DNA from: Guillardia theta CCMP2712
Lineage: Eukaryota; Protista; Cryptophyta
Reading direction: 5' to 3'
DNA: 64,000 nucleotides
Assembly (NCBI RefSeq): GCF_000315625.1
Contig: NW_005434599.1
Span: 352,595-416,594, forward strand
A program made the position numbers and the translations under genes. The first letter of the stretch is position 1. Every line of letters starts with the position of its first letter. This document shows, piece after piece, positions 48,199-59,252 of the stretch. The notes under the pieces are model-generated. The model ran no database searches. It was not told the origin of the DNA and saw only the letters and a list, made by a program, of their open reading frames with translations.

Positions 48199-49654
48199 TC
48201 AAGAAGTTTGTAGGGCTTGCATGATCACGCTAACAAGATGGAGCAGGGAGAGGGTGACATCAGACCCGTCGGTCAGCCTCATGTCGGTTGTTCCCAAGGC
48301 CTTGCAGATGATCGACTTGCTCTTTGCCGAGATACCGAAAGCTTCCTTGCTCATAACCCAATCATGAATCTGCTCGATTGTCATCAGAACCTGCCGCCAA
48401 CTCGACTCTAACTCTACCTGCGCGACGACTTGGTTGGCCGGGTACCCATCAGCTATGATATCGTTGACTTTGCTTTGAATTTTCTCGAATGAGTTATACT
48501 TGCAAGAATTCACAAGGTCCAGAATGACCGAATCAGGAATTGTCTGCGCGTAGGAGAAGTCAGGGTGCCCCTAAATTTCACTGCTGAAGAACACTTACAG
48601 CAGCGTTCTCAATGATGTCCTGTCCCTTCATCGAGTTCCCGTGCAAGATGTACGTGTTCTGCATCATGGTGATCGCCCGACGAAGGTCTCCCCCCGAGAT
48701 GTTGACCAGAGCATCCGCTGCCTTGAGAGGATTCAGAAACTTTGGAGCCTGATGGGGAGCAACTCACGTCTGAAGGAAGCTGAAACCCTTCCTTGTCGGC
48801 TATCATGTTGAGCCTCTCGAGCATCACCTCGGTGGAGACAGGCTGAAACCGAAACTTCGCACAACGTGAGGCGATGGGTGAGATGATCCTGACAGGCCGT
48901 TCAGAAGGCGGCAACAATCTACAGCCATACAAACCTGCTGACATAATTGCATATGATACAGAAGCGCGTGACACGGGTGCAGGTTTCCATGGTCCTTCGT
49001 AAGGCACTTTGTGCATCAGTCGTCATACAGTCAGCCTCGTCCAGAATAACAAGCTTGAAGGGAGGACAAGGATACGAAGAGCTGGTACATCGGTCACTTC
49101 GAATACGTAGACCGTGACGTCACCTTTTGGAGGAAGAGACGGCGAGCGACGCGAAGTGCTTTATCTTGTTTCTTACAACATCAATCCCTCGTTCATCGGA
49201 CGCATTCAGCTCCAGAACCCTCGACTTGTACAACTCTGGCCCATACAGGTCCTTGGCGAGAGCGAGGATGGTCGATGTCTTCCCTGTTCCAGGGGGTCCG
49301 TAGAAGAGCAAATGAGGGAGCTGAAGAAAAGCTCAGCACATTACACGAATAGTCGATGCATCACAAACATTCACCACCCTATGAGAAACCATCTGGGGTA
49401 CCCCGACAAGAGACATGAAAGAGGTACCAAGGAAAGAGGAGAGGTGGTGGACAAGAAAGGCAAAGAGGAGGGGAAAGAGGATGGGGGGAACGAGGGAAGG
49501 AGGATGGAGAAGTAGGAGGGAGGAGGAGGAGGAGGAGGCAGACGGATCTCACATTGCCGCTCTCGACAGCCGACGAGAGTGTGGCGACGACATGGCGCTG
49601 GTGGGCGACCTGCGCGATAGAGGACGGGCGATGCTGCTCCACCCACGGCACCAT
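48199..49654 (-). CDS. RFC4: Replication factor C small subunit (human RFC4 / yeast Rfc2)
   Basis: [63 protein letters not shown]. Confidence 0.93.
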
Positions 49655-49679
49655 GGCAGAGAGACGAGATGACTTCCTA

Positions 49680-50010
49680 CAGGGTAGGGGTACTTGGTAT
49701 ACCCCCACTTACTAGTCTAAAAATTACTCGTTCAAGGGGGTAGGGGTAGTTCAAATGTATTGCGGAGGTTGGTAAAACGAGAAAGCGCGGGAAAGCCCTT
49801 CAAGCGGCCCTCATACCGCACAGAAGGCTGGCTGGGGCCGCCGGAGCAGGGCCCGGAGCTCAGTGCGGAGCTACTGAACGCTAGTCCGTTGCCGACGAAA
49901 CTCCCGGGCCGACCGCCTCAGACTCCGAGTCACGTATACCATGAATCACCCTCAAGCTCTAACGACTACTTGACCGTACGGTATGGCCTAGTCAGTCGTG
50001 GACTGGCATA
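49680..50010. promoter_or_regulatory. GGGGTA tract plus GC island upstream of RFC4
   Basis: agggtaggggtac, gggggtaggggtag, gactccgagtc, cccggg, ccgtacgg. Confidence 0.4.
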
Positions 50011-50454
50011 GGGAATAGATTGTGCAAGTTGGACTTTTCAAGCCTGAAGCCAAGTTCATACAAATGATCAGGCTGATCAGACATGTTATCGTTCTAGACA
50101 TTGTCTCGCACAAATGAAATTCTCGTATCATCCAATAAACTCTCATGAAGCTGACAGGCACAGCAACACATATTCATGTCGAATTGAAGTAAAGCTTTCA
50201 ATGTCATAAGAGCGATTATGGTCTTCCAGAGAAACTACAAATCCTTAGCATAAATGATCCTTTCGCCTCAAATCTGGGCATGCCGGTAGAACATGAAAGG
50301 AGTAATGCATGACCTTGTTCCTCTTGCTATCCAGACGCCCGAAGCATGGTGGCAAGATGTTGAGGGAGAAGAGGTCGGGAAGGTAGGATGGTAAGGCCTT
50401 ATCGCAGTTTGACAAAGAGGAGGAGAGCACGATTCTTTCGGCTACTGAGGTATT

Positions 50455-52400
50455 TTACATGAACTGACCAGGCATGGGGAACTTCTGAGACCATTGATCG
50501 ACCTGCTGCATGTAAGATATGCGTCAAACCAGTCACAAAGCTCTTGCCTCCTTTGCCAGAGTCTTGAGAGAATCAGGTGGTGATGCATCGAGCAAGGCTT
50601 TGAAGTCCTTGAGCTTGTGCTCGGGATGAGCAGACTTGAGCTGCAGAAGAAATCAGCTGATAGTTCTTCACGTATCACTAGAGTTGCTGCACCTCCATCG
50701 TGATCTTGATGGCCCTGTCAACAAAACCAACAATTTCCTCAAAGTCTTTCTCGACAAGTCCACGGCTAGTCGTCAGGATTGTCAGCAGCAAATCCTTTCC
50801 GGCATGCAGCAACTGCACCTGGTCATAGCAGGGGATCCCACACGGAGGCCATGAGGAACCAAAGCACTCTTGTCGCCAGGCACGGTGTTCTTGTTGCAGT
50901 GAATGTTGCACAATTCCAAAATCTGCACTGAGTCACATGCCAGAAAACTTATATCAACTGAGCCACGTACCCTCTCGACACGAGCTCCATCAACCCCCTT
51001 GTCTCTGAGATCGATGAGGACCTGCATGCGCAACTCAGGACTCCCCACCCATGCACGGCTGTGAAATTGACGAACCAAATGGTTTTCTGTTCCACCCGAA
51101 ACCAAGTTATATCCACGTGCAGTCAAGGCCTTAGCCATGGCCGCAGAGTTCTTGATAACCTGCGCACCTTATGTTCAGATTTCATGCAAATCGTCAGGCT
51201 TTATCAACCTGCTCCTGGTAGGCCTTGAACTCAGGGGTGGATGCCTGCTTCAGTGCAACGGCGAGAGCGCAGATGGTGTGGTTGTGAGGACCTCCCTAGG
51301 TGGTGGTCAGATAAAAAAGCATGATGGCAACTGAAGGTCAAGTACCTGCAGACCGGGGAAAACAGCCTGGTTGATTCGCTCTTCATAGTCATACATGATG
51401 GACTTTCCTTGCTTGTCCTACCACAATCGATTAGAAACGACAACGACTATATCTCAAGACAAACCTTCGACTTCTCTCCCTTGCGGAAGAAGATCATGGC
51501 ACCTCGAGGACCTCTGAGAGACTTGTGGGTGGTAGTGGTGACGATGTCAGCGTACTGGAATGGATCAGGAACAATTCCCGCTGCCACCAATCCCGAGATG
51601 TGAGCCATGTCGGCAAGGAGGACAGCATTAACAGAGTCGGCGATTTCCCTCATTTTGGCATAGTTGTAGTGCCTAGCGTAAGCTGATGCACCTGCAATGA
51701 TGATTTTGGGGCGGAAGAGAAGGGCATTTTCAGCAAGTCTGTCATAGTCGATGAGGCCAGTTTTCTCATCAAGGCGGTAGGGCATCTGTTCGAAGTAGAC
51801 AGAGGTAGCGGAAATCTTCTTCGTGGGGGTGGAGAATCCGTGAGAAAGATGTCCTCCATGAGGCAAATCCAATCCCATGATACGATCGTGCGGCTGGAGG
51901 AGAGCCGTGTAAACTGCGAAGTTCGCTGGGGATCCGGAGAGCGCCTGAACGTTGACCCCCCACCGCTCTGGATCCAACCTGAAGGCAGACAAGGCCCTGG
52001 CTCTGCAAAGGTTCTCATTCTTGTCAATAATTTCATTCCCTCCGTAGTAGCGCTGGCCAGGATATCCCTCAGAGTACTTGTTGGTCATGACACTGCCGAG
52101 CGCCTGGCTCACAGCCAGCGACGCGTAGTTTTCAGAAGGGATGAGAGCGATGCCCCGATGCTGACGATTCTGCTCAGCCTGCCCTCCATGTCAGCGAGAA
52201 TCCTCCATGACAACCTGATCACGCACCTGAATCAGGTGATGGATCTCCGGGTCCAACTCCTGAAGGGGCTTGTCCCACGTGGGACGCGCGAACGAGCTCA
52301 TCGCCCGGACAGAGTAGATCGGAACATGGTTGGCTGATCTGCCCTTGACTGTCTGAAACAACGCAGCTGTTGCCCTTCGCATAGAGCTGGAACGGATCAT
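50455..52400 (-). CDS. SHMT: Serine hydroxymethyltransferase, mitochondrial-type presequence
   Basis: [35 protein letters not shown] lysine motif [20 protein letters not shown]; Arg/Ser-rich leader. Confidence 0.97.
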
Positions 52401-52939
52401 CTTGACGAAAGGAAAGCAATCAGTCTTTCTATCGCAAAGCAAGCAGTATCATGAATCACTGGTATTCGTGTATGTCTACCCCGATTTCCCGTTATTTGCA
52501 CATAACAAACTTTCATTCTATCCATGCATCTTGAAAGAAAACAGTCTGTGACCCCACCACCCCATCTCATCTTCGACTCACCACAAAGCAAATCCCAATA
52601 GCACTGCACGAATACCACACCTTTCTCACTATCCATCGCCCTATTCTTCAATTTTTATAAGGGGAATTCGTCTTCATTCTATCATCGTTCCATTCTTCAT
52701 CCTGCCTCTGCTACCATTACCCACATTGTTTAGTTTGCTCCCAATCTGTTCTCTTTTTCTCTTGCGCATCACATGATATCGTGCCGTATCTCTTGCATGA
52801 CATCCTCTCTCCATCTCCTCCTCTCCTCCTCTCCTCCTCTCCTCCTCTCCTCCTCCTCTCCTCTCCTCTCTGCTTCCTGCATCCTTTTATGCCTCATCGC
52901 TTCCTCGCGCCCAAACAAAATCTTGCATGTCGATCCTTT

Positions 52940-53870
52940 ACTACCCACCCCTCCAATCCCCTCAGCACCCTATTACTTTACAGACCCTGCAGCTCCCATT
53001 ACCCCACCCTACCTTTTCTAAAGCATCGAGCCTACAAACTTGAGTACCCCCGCCCTACCAGCAAACCTGTATAACAAACCCACCCACCCTAGGCCTTCAG
53101 AAGGACCCCACCTCAATCCTATGACAGATGTTAAGCACCCTACCTGAAGCTGTCCAGAGAACCCCACCTCTCAACCTACCCCCTCCCACAGGACCTTGTG
53201 GTGTAAAGCGTCTTCTCCCTTTTTTTTTGGGGTACCCACCACACAAACAAGTCTAAGAGGGGGGTACAAGATGGAGGATTGAGGGTGGGGTGGAGTCACC
53301 AGTATCGTTGGTGGTCTCTCTGTCTAGAGGGCTGAGGGGGGTGGGGGTAGGGTAGTCGTGGTCGAATCAATCTGACGGTAGCCCAAAACTTTACAGCACA
53401 CTCAGCAAGGGCCGGCGCCGCCCGCCGCGGGGCCGCGGCCCGCCAGGTGATCGGACTCGGACGGATTCCCCGGCCCCGCCGCCCCCTAAACCGCAGCCTG
53501 TGGCAGGTCGGACTCGGTCCGATCAGTACAGGGCCTGCTGCCAGTACAGGGCCTGCTGAGGGCCGGGCCCAGCTGAAGTTGAGACCGGAGTCCGAGCCTC
53601 GAGCCCGGCGGGGCCAGCCTGTGTCGGACACAGTGACTCAGGGCCGCAAACCGATCGACGAACGGCCCGGCGCTAGTAGGACCTTGACGGTACCGGTCCG
53701 ATCACCAGCCGCCCGGCCTAGTGATACCCCGACTTCCCGGATCGGGCGGGCCTGAGTCCGGCTGCCCAGTCCGGCCCGGGCCAAACGGCCGGGCCCGGGG
53801 CGCGGCGGCCGGCCGGGCCGGGCATGGGCCTGCCCGGCCCCTGGCCCGGCCCGGGCTCCCATGCACGGGG
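52940..53870. promoter_or_regulatory. Bidirectional intergenic region SHMT/COQ5: TACCC tract, G-quadruplex-like run, GC palindrome island
   Basis: C-runs switch to G-runs near ggggtaccc (~53230); gggctgagggggtgggggtaggg at ~53330-53353; cagtgactca and many ccgg/ggcc palindromes. Confidence 0.5.
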
Positions 53871-53911
53871 GCTGGATGAGGGCTGGATACGACATAAGTA
53901 GCTGCTCAAGC

Positions 53912-55398
53912 ATGGCCACGGTCATGAGGAAGCGGCTGCTGAGCAGCTGCGTGGGATGGTCGACACGATCAGCATGTGGAGTGCGAAGAGACTTGAGAGA
54001 GTTCAGCAGCGAGAAGCAGAACGGTGAGGTGAAGGGAAGCTAGATGTAGCCAGTGAGACCTTGCGTAGGGGAGCAAACGCACTTCGGTTTCAAGACTGTC
54101 AGGATGGAGGATAAGGCAAAGATGGTGGGAGAAGTTTTCTCGCAGGTAATTACAACGGTCGAACCCTTGTGAGAGTCATCTGGGCTGACACTCGAGCCAG
54201 GTCGCGAGCAAGTACGACCTGATGAACGACGCAATGAGCGGTGGAATGGTGCCCGAGATCAGTTGTCCAAGTCGGTTTCACGCTGAGCCTTTCAACAGCA
54301 CCGCATGTGGAAAGATGATTTTGTTGCGATGTTAGGGTGAGACGAGACTGCTTGTAAGAGTTAGAAAAGCTGAAGAGTTCGCCAGGCCATGCCGTGGAAT
54401 GTCGATTGTTGATCTTGCAGGCACCACTTTGGATGACTTGTCGCATACTGAAACGCAGCAGGAGGAACGGGAGACATTTCCTTCCGTATGATCGATGCTC
54501 TTAGCTCACAACGAAAGATCGTCGGTGAGGAGTGCGTTCCTTCCCTCGCCGTGCTCACCCGTGGCTCAGGTAGCGCAGAGTCTGCTATCGACACGCATGT
54601 CACGGTCTGCGACATCAACGCCGAGATGTTGCAGGAGGGAAGGTGACTGACTGAGCTCTCATACATCAGCAGTGGCTCAAGAAGGTGTTGTGGGTGGCAG
54701 GCGGAGGGCGAAGAACGATCGGCCGGCAGTGGTTGATGGGATCTCCCTCCAGTGGGTCCAGGGAGATGCCGAGAACTTGCCATTCCCTGACGGGTGCGGG
54801 AGCGTGTTGAGGAGGAGGGAGGAAGGAGGCGTGTGAGAGGCGTGCGAACAGGTCTGTCGATGCCGTGACCATCGCGTTCGGCCTTCGAAACGTCTCCCGG
54901 ACCTGGAAGGCTCTCTCAGAGATCAACCGCATCTTGACTAAGTAAGTCCTGGTCGTTGAAGGGTCTTGCTGCTGACGTGGCGGTCAGGGGCGGAAGGTTC
55001 CTCTGCATGGAGTTTTCACAGGCAGTCTCCTTGCATGTCACATGCTGATCTGATGGCCTTGAGAAGGTCAAGGACCCGCTCTTGCGTCAGGCATACGATG
55101 CTTACTCGTTCAACGTCATCCCGGCCATGGGCGGATTCCTGGCCGGTGACCCTCAGGTATGTTCGCCATCCAGAATGAGAGGAGGAGGAGATTGAGAGAG
55201 TCGCCAGCCTTATCAGTACCTCGTGGAGTCAATACGACAGTTTCATGATCAAGAGACGCTCGCAGACTTGATGAGAGACGCTGGTGAGAAAAGTTTTGCA
55301 GCTTTATCTATCGTGAACAAGTGGCAGGAATGAAACACGTTACTTACAAGAATATCTTGGGCGGGGTAGTTGCTATACATTCGGGTTTCCGACTTTGA
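53912..55398 (+). CDS. COQ5: Ubiquinone biosynthesis C-methyltransferase (COQ5/UbiE)
   Basis: THFGFKTV, VASKYDLMNDAMSGGM|HRMWK, AGGTGDISFR, GDAENLPFPD, TIAFGLRNV, YQYLVESIRQF, VAIHSGFRL*. Confidence 0.95.
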
Positions 55399-55450
55399 TA
55401 GCATCACCCATCGGTAATGGGCAATGAATGAATGGCAATGACTGAAATCC

Positions 55451-58057
55451 TTAGCTGGCAAGAGCTGACACTGGTCTGTTCCTGCTGGACCCTTCCTTCA
55501 ACTCCCGCGCCTGAAGGGTTCGGGAACTGATATTTTCCTTGGTCCACGTTGATGGAAAGAAGTTCAGGCGTCTGTTGGTGCCGGTGACATCAGCGACGAG
55601 GGACGACACAGACGGCATCATCTTCTGCAGCAACACCCCTTGCTCGCGAGACCGAGGAACCTTGCCTCGTCTGGTCTCACTGGTGACTGGCAGGCCCAGA
55701 GCATCTCGAGGAGGATGCGCTGCTCTGAGCACCTCGCTGTTCCTGCGCTGCTCCTTATGAACCAAGAACTGAAACCTCCCCGCGGAAACGCTCGGCCTTC
55801 GGTCAAGGAAGTGAGTCTTAGCTGTGTGGGAGAGGGTCCTGGTCTGCAAGATTGCTTCTGCAGAGGTTGGAGGCGAGCTGAACTTGAACCACTGTTCTCG
55901 CTGCTGTCCTCCTCTGCCACCCCACCGCTTGCCCTGCACCACGCGAGTCAGCTCGCTGTGAGACGATACAGTTCACAAACCTGTGGGTCTTGCAGGAGCG
56001 TTGGTAATCTTTCGTTCGCGCTGCTTGCTTTCGACAGTTTCGTAACAATCTTTGGGATGTCGAAGGAAGCCCATCGCCTCTGCTTCACCTGAGCTCCAGC
56101 AGAGCTTCTCTTGGCTGCCTCGAGCGTATCCTTCGAGAGACTCCCGGGCGACATATCCGTGTCCTCCCTTGCCCTGCTTGTGCTCCCTCCCATAAGCCGC
56201 AGCTCCCCGTCTAGCTCGATGTTACGAGGAGAGCACATCGGTGATGTGGGGGAATTGGGAGAAGTCTGAACGGCATAGTCGACCTCGATATGCCTCCTCC
56301 CGCTCGCTGGTGTCGCGTGGAAAGACTCCCGAGGCAGCGATCTCTTTCCGGTCGTGCGGACAGAGAGAGAAGGGTTAGCCGCTGTCACTTGGCTTGAAGG
56401 CTTGTGACTGGTAACCTTCTTAGCTTCTGAGTTCTTTCTGAAGAGATAGTCGTCGATGGAAAGGTTGTTATCTCGTGTCACCCACTGGAACTGAAGCACA
56501 TTGTAGAATCGCTTCACTTCAAACAGCTTCATCCACTTCCTTGTTGCCTCGTCGTTCTGTGGGAAAATCCTGCGGAATCCTCCACGCCTCTCATTTTCTT
56601 CCTCCACCTCGCGGAGGATGGTAGCATCCTCTGCTGTCAGCTCATCCAGTGCTGACACTTTCCCCGCGCAAACTTGTCGTCGCCTCGCATTCTCGTCTGA
56701 AGTTCGAGAGTAGGCAGATTTCTCCATTCCTTGGAGTCTTCTTGCCTTGTCCCTTTCGAGCTTGTCGGAAAGTTTCTTCCGGTCGTACTGCTTCACACAA
56801 ACCATGTTCAACACCTCCGTGACTAACTGATTCTTGATCGACTTGTCAAGAGGGGAATCGGACGCCAGAGACAGTGCGGTGTTCACCTCAATCAACCATG
56901 GGTGTAGATTCGAGTCCAGCATCACATCAAAACCGAACAACTCAAAGCAGTTATTTCGACAAGGGACTGCAAGCTGCATGTTTGTGTTGATCTGGACCTC
57001 GATCGATAGCAAAGTCTTCAAGATCAGATCGTCGATCTTCCCCATGACAGTTGAGACATCCATCTGCCTCTCTCGCATCCACTTCCATACAGCCTTCAGC
57101 CCCCACTTGTGGCCCTCGTCGTCAACAGATGCATTCGTATTCTTGACAAAGTTTGGATTCTGCTTGTTGAGGCTGTAGTTGGTCAGATGTCTGAACCGAT
57201 TCTTCCTTGTCTTGCGACTGTATTTTACTGTACAGAACCTTGCCAACCCGTTCTCATGCACGTAGACACGGAGAGGATTGAAGCTTGTGATAGCAACATA
57301 GATCCTCAGATCGAACTTGGTTTCGTTGATCAAGAACGGGTCTGAGATGTACCTAGAAACAACGCACACGGCCTTCTCCTTAATCTGAGTGTTCGGGTCC
57401 GAGATCAGTCGGATCCCGATACCCCGGCATCCCGCAGGAGGTTTGACGATGTAAGATATGTCACAGTCGTTCTTCTTCAACTTTCCCTTCCATTCCTCGT
57501 AGTCCTGCAGGAGCTCCGTTCTTTCTCCTGGCAACACAAAAGTCTTTGGCAGGTACTGGAAACTGTCCGATCCAAACACTCGGCGGAACTTGTTGCAGAC
57601 GCGGGCAAGATTATCCTTTCTTCCTAGAAGGTATGTGCCAGGGAAGTGATTCACCTTCTGATATTCACACAATTCTTTGTACTCTGCTATCTTCAAAGGT
57701 TTCCCCCATAAGACATTGAAATTGTTGGAGCTGGTAGGTAAGAATCCTGCTCTTCTGAATGCATTCCGAACGCAGTTATACTGTCCGCTCACCGTGAGCT
57801 TGTAGTACAGCGCCTTGTCCTTGTTCCTGCACACTTGACCTGGAGTCTTGCGGGCATCCCTATCAAGGCTGAACAACACTGAGGAACCAATAGTAGTTTC
57901 TTCTTTCCCTTCCGACAAATTCTGCTTTCCAGAGCGCTCAGTCTCGTTGCCTGCCTTTAGGGGATATTCAGAATGGTGATGACTTTGCTTCGCAGGTATC
58001 AGCGGCGACTCATGTTCTGAAGAAGTATGCTCTTCATCTGCAATCAAATTATCGCCA

Positions 58058-58093
<36 letters not shown>

Positions 58094-58257
58094 TCATCAT
58101 CATCATCATCAAGACCTTCAAGTTCGTTCTCAAAGAACCCTTCATCATAGTATGCCCCATCTATATCGGACTTAGCTGGACCTTGCGAGTTGTCTTCAGT
58201 GGTGTAAGATCCGGTATCCGAATCAGAATCGTCGACCTCCTCGACGTTAGGAATCAT
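55451..58257 (-). CDS. Tubulin polyglutamylase (TTLL4/5-like)
   Basis: QKVNHFPGTYLLGRKDNL, YIVKPPAGCRGIGI, KFDLRIYV, HLTNYSLNK, FELFGFDVMLD, WLIEVN. Confidence 0.93.
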
Positions 58258-58439
58258 TCTCTCAAACCCGTTCTACTCCGTTACCAAGGCGACTCATGAA
58301 GGAGACCTGTTCAGGCATGCATGGCAAGCTGGGAAGTTGAACTGTTCTTAGCAGAAACGAACAGAAGCTATCTATCCGTCTGTCAAGAGCTGCCAGTCCT
58401 CCATAAAAGCCCAATCGCTCCGTTCCCTCGCCATGCCCA

Positions 58440-58750
58440 CCCAACGGTCGACCCCACCACCCCCATCCACCTGAGAGACCAACAAAATACTACCCCTACC
58501 TCACATAACTCCTTAGAACCACCCCTACCCCCAAAACAACCTTTCAGTACCCCTGCATTTGTCATTTCCCGCCTGAGGTTCACCACCTACCCCCCTGCAA
58601 ACCCTCGACGCATGAGGGTCCCCAAGAAATAGATGATTACTCAACAAATGTAAACGGTGCGCCTCAGAGCTCTGTGGTACAAAACTTGCACCCGGGGCCC
58701 GGGGGCCGGGCGGCCTAGCAAGTTCGGAGTCACTTAGGGACCGTTACATT
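58440..58750. promoter_or_regulatory. TACCCC tract plus mini GC palindrome island between the divergent TTLL and WW genes
   Basis: ctacccct repeats, cccggggcccgggggccggg, gagtcact. Confidence 0.4.
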
Positions 58751-58767
58751 GTCCGTTATCATCAACC

Positions 58768-59245
58768 ATGGCAGCTTCTACGGCGAGGGCAGGTCTGGTG
58801 GCGGCTCAGAGGTGGTGGGGGAAGAGAGTTGGGGAGCGACTGCTGTCTTCCTCTCCCTCCCCCTACAACTCTCAGAACACTCACTCAAGCCATCCCAACA
58901 AGAGCCAGCCCCTCACTCCTCCCCCGCCATACGTTGGTGGCGGCAGCCAGGTGACACTCCTGCTTCAGACCTCGTATGCTGACCGTTGTCCAGCAGATGA
59001 GCAAGGATGTCACTAACATAGAGGATCCTTGGACAGCCGTTTCGGACCCCAAGACTGGTGGGACATACTACTGGAACAGGTTGACTAATGAAACAACGAT
59101 GGTTGGCGAAGCGAAGCCTTTGGGCATGTACCGCAATGGACCTCCACAACAGTCGCAGGAGAGCTTCGGAGGCATGCTGATCAACTCGCTTGCCATCGGT
59201 GCAGGCATCACAGTCGCCTTCTCTTTCGTTAGATTCTTTTTCTAG
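58768..59245 (+). CDS. Small protein: presequence-like N-terminus, PPPPY motif, WW domain, C-terminal TM
   Basis: Two exons; DPWTAVSDPKTGGTYYWNRLTNETT; C-terminal FGGMLINSLAIGAGITVAFSFVRFFF*. Confidence 0.75.
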
Positions 59246-59252
59246 AGTAACA

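Noticed and set aside
53296-53925. GC-rich ORFs upstream of COQ5
   Set aside because: Arg/Pro/Gly-rich translations of the palindrome island with no domain.
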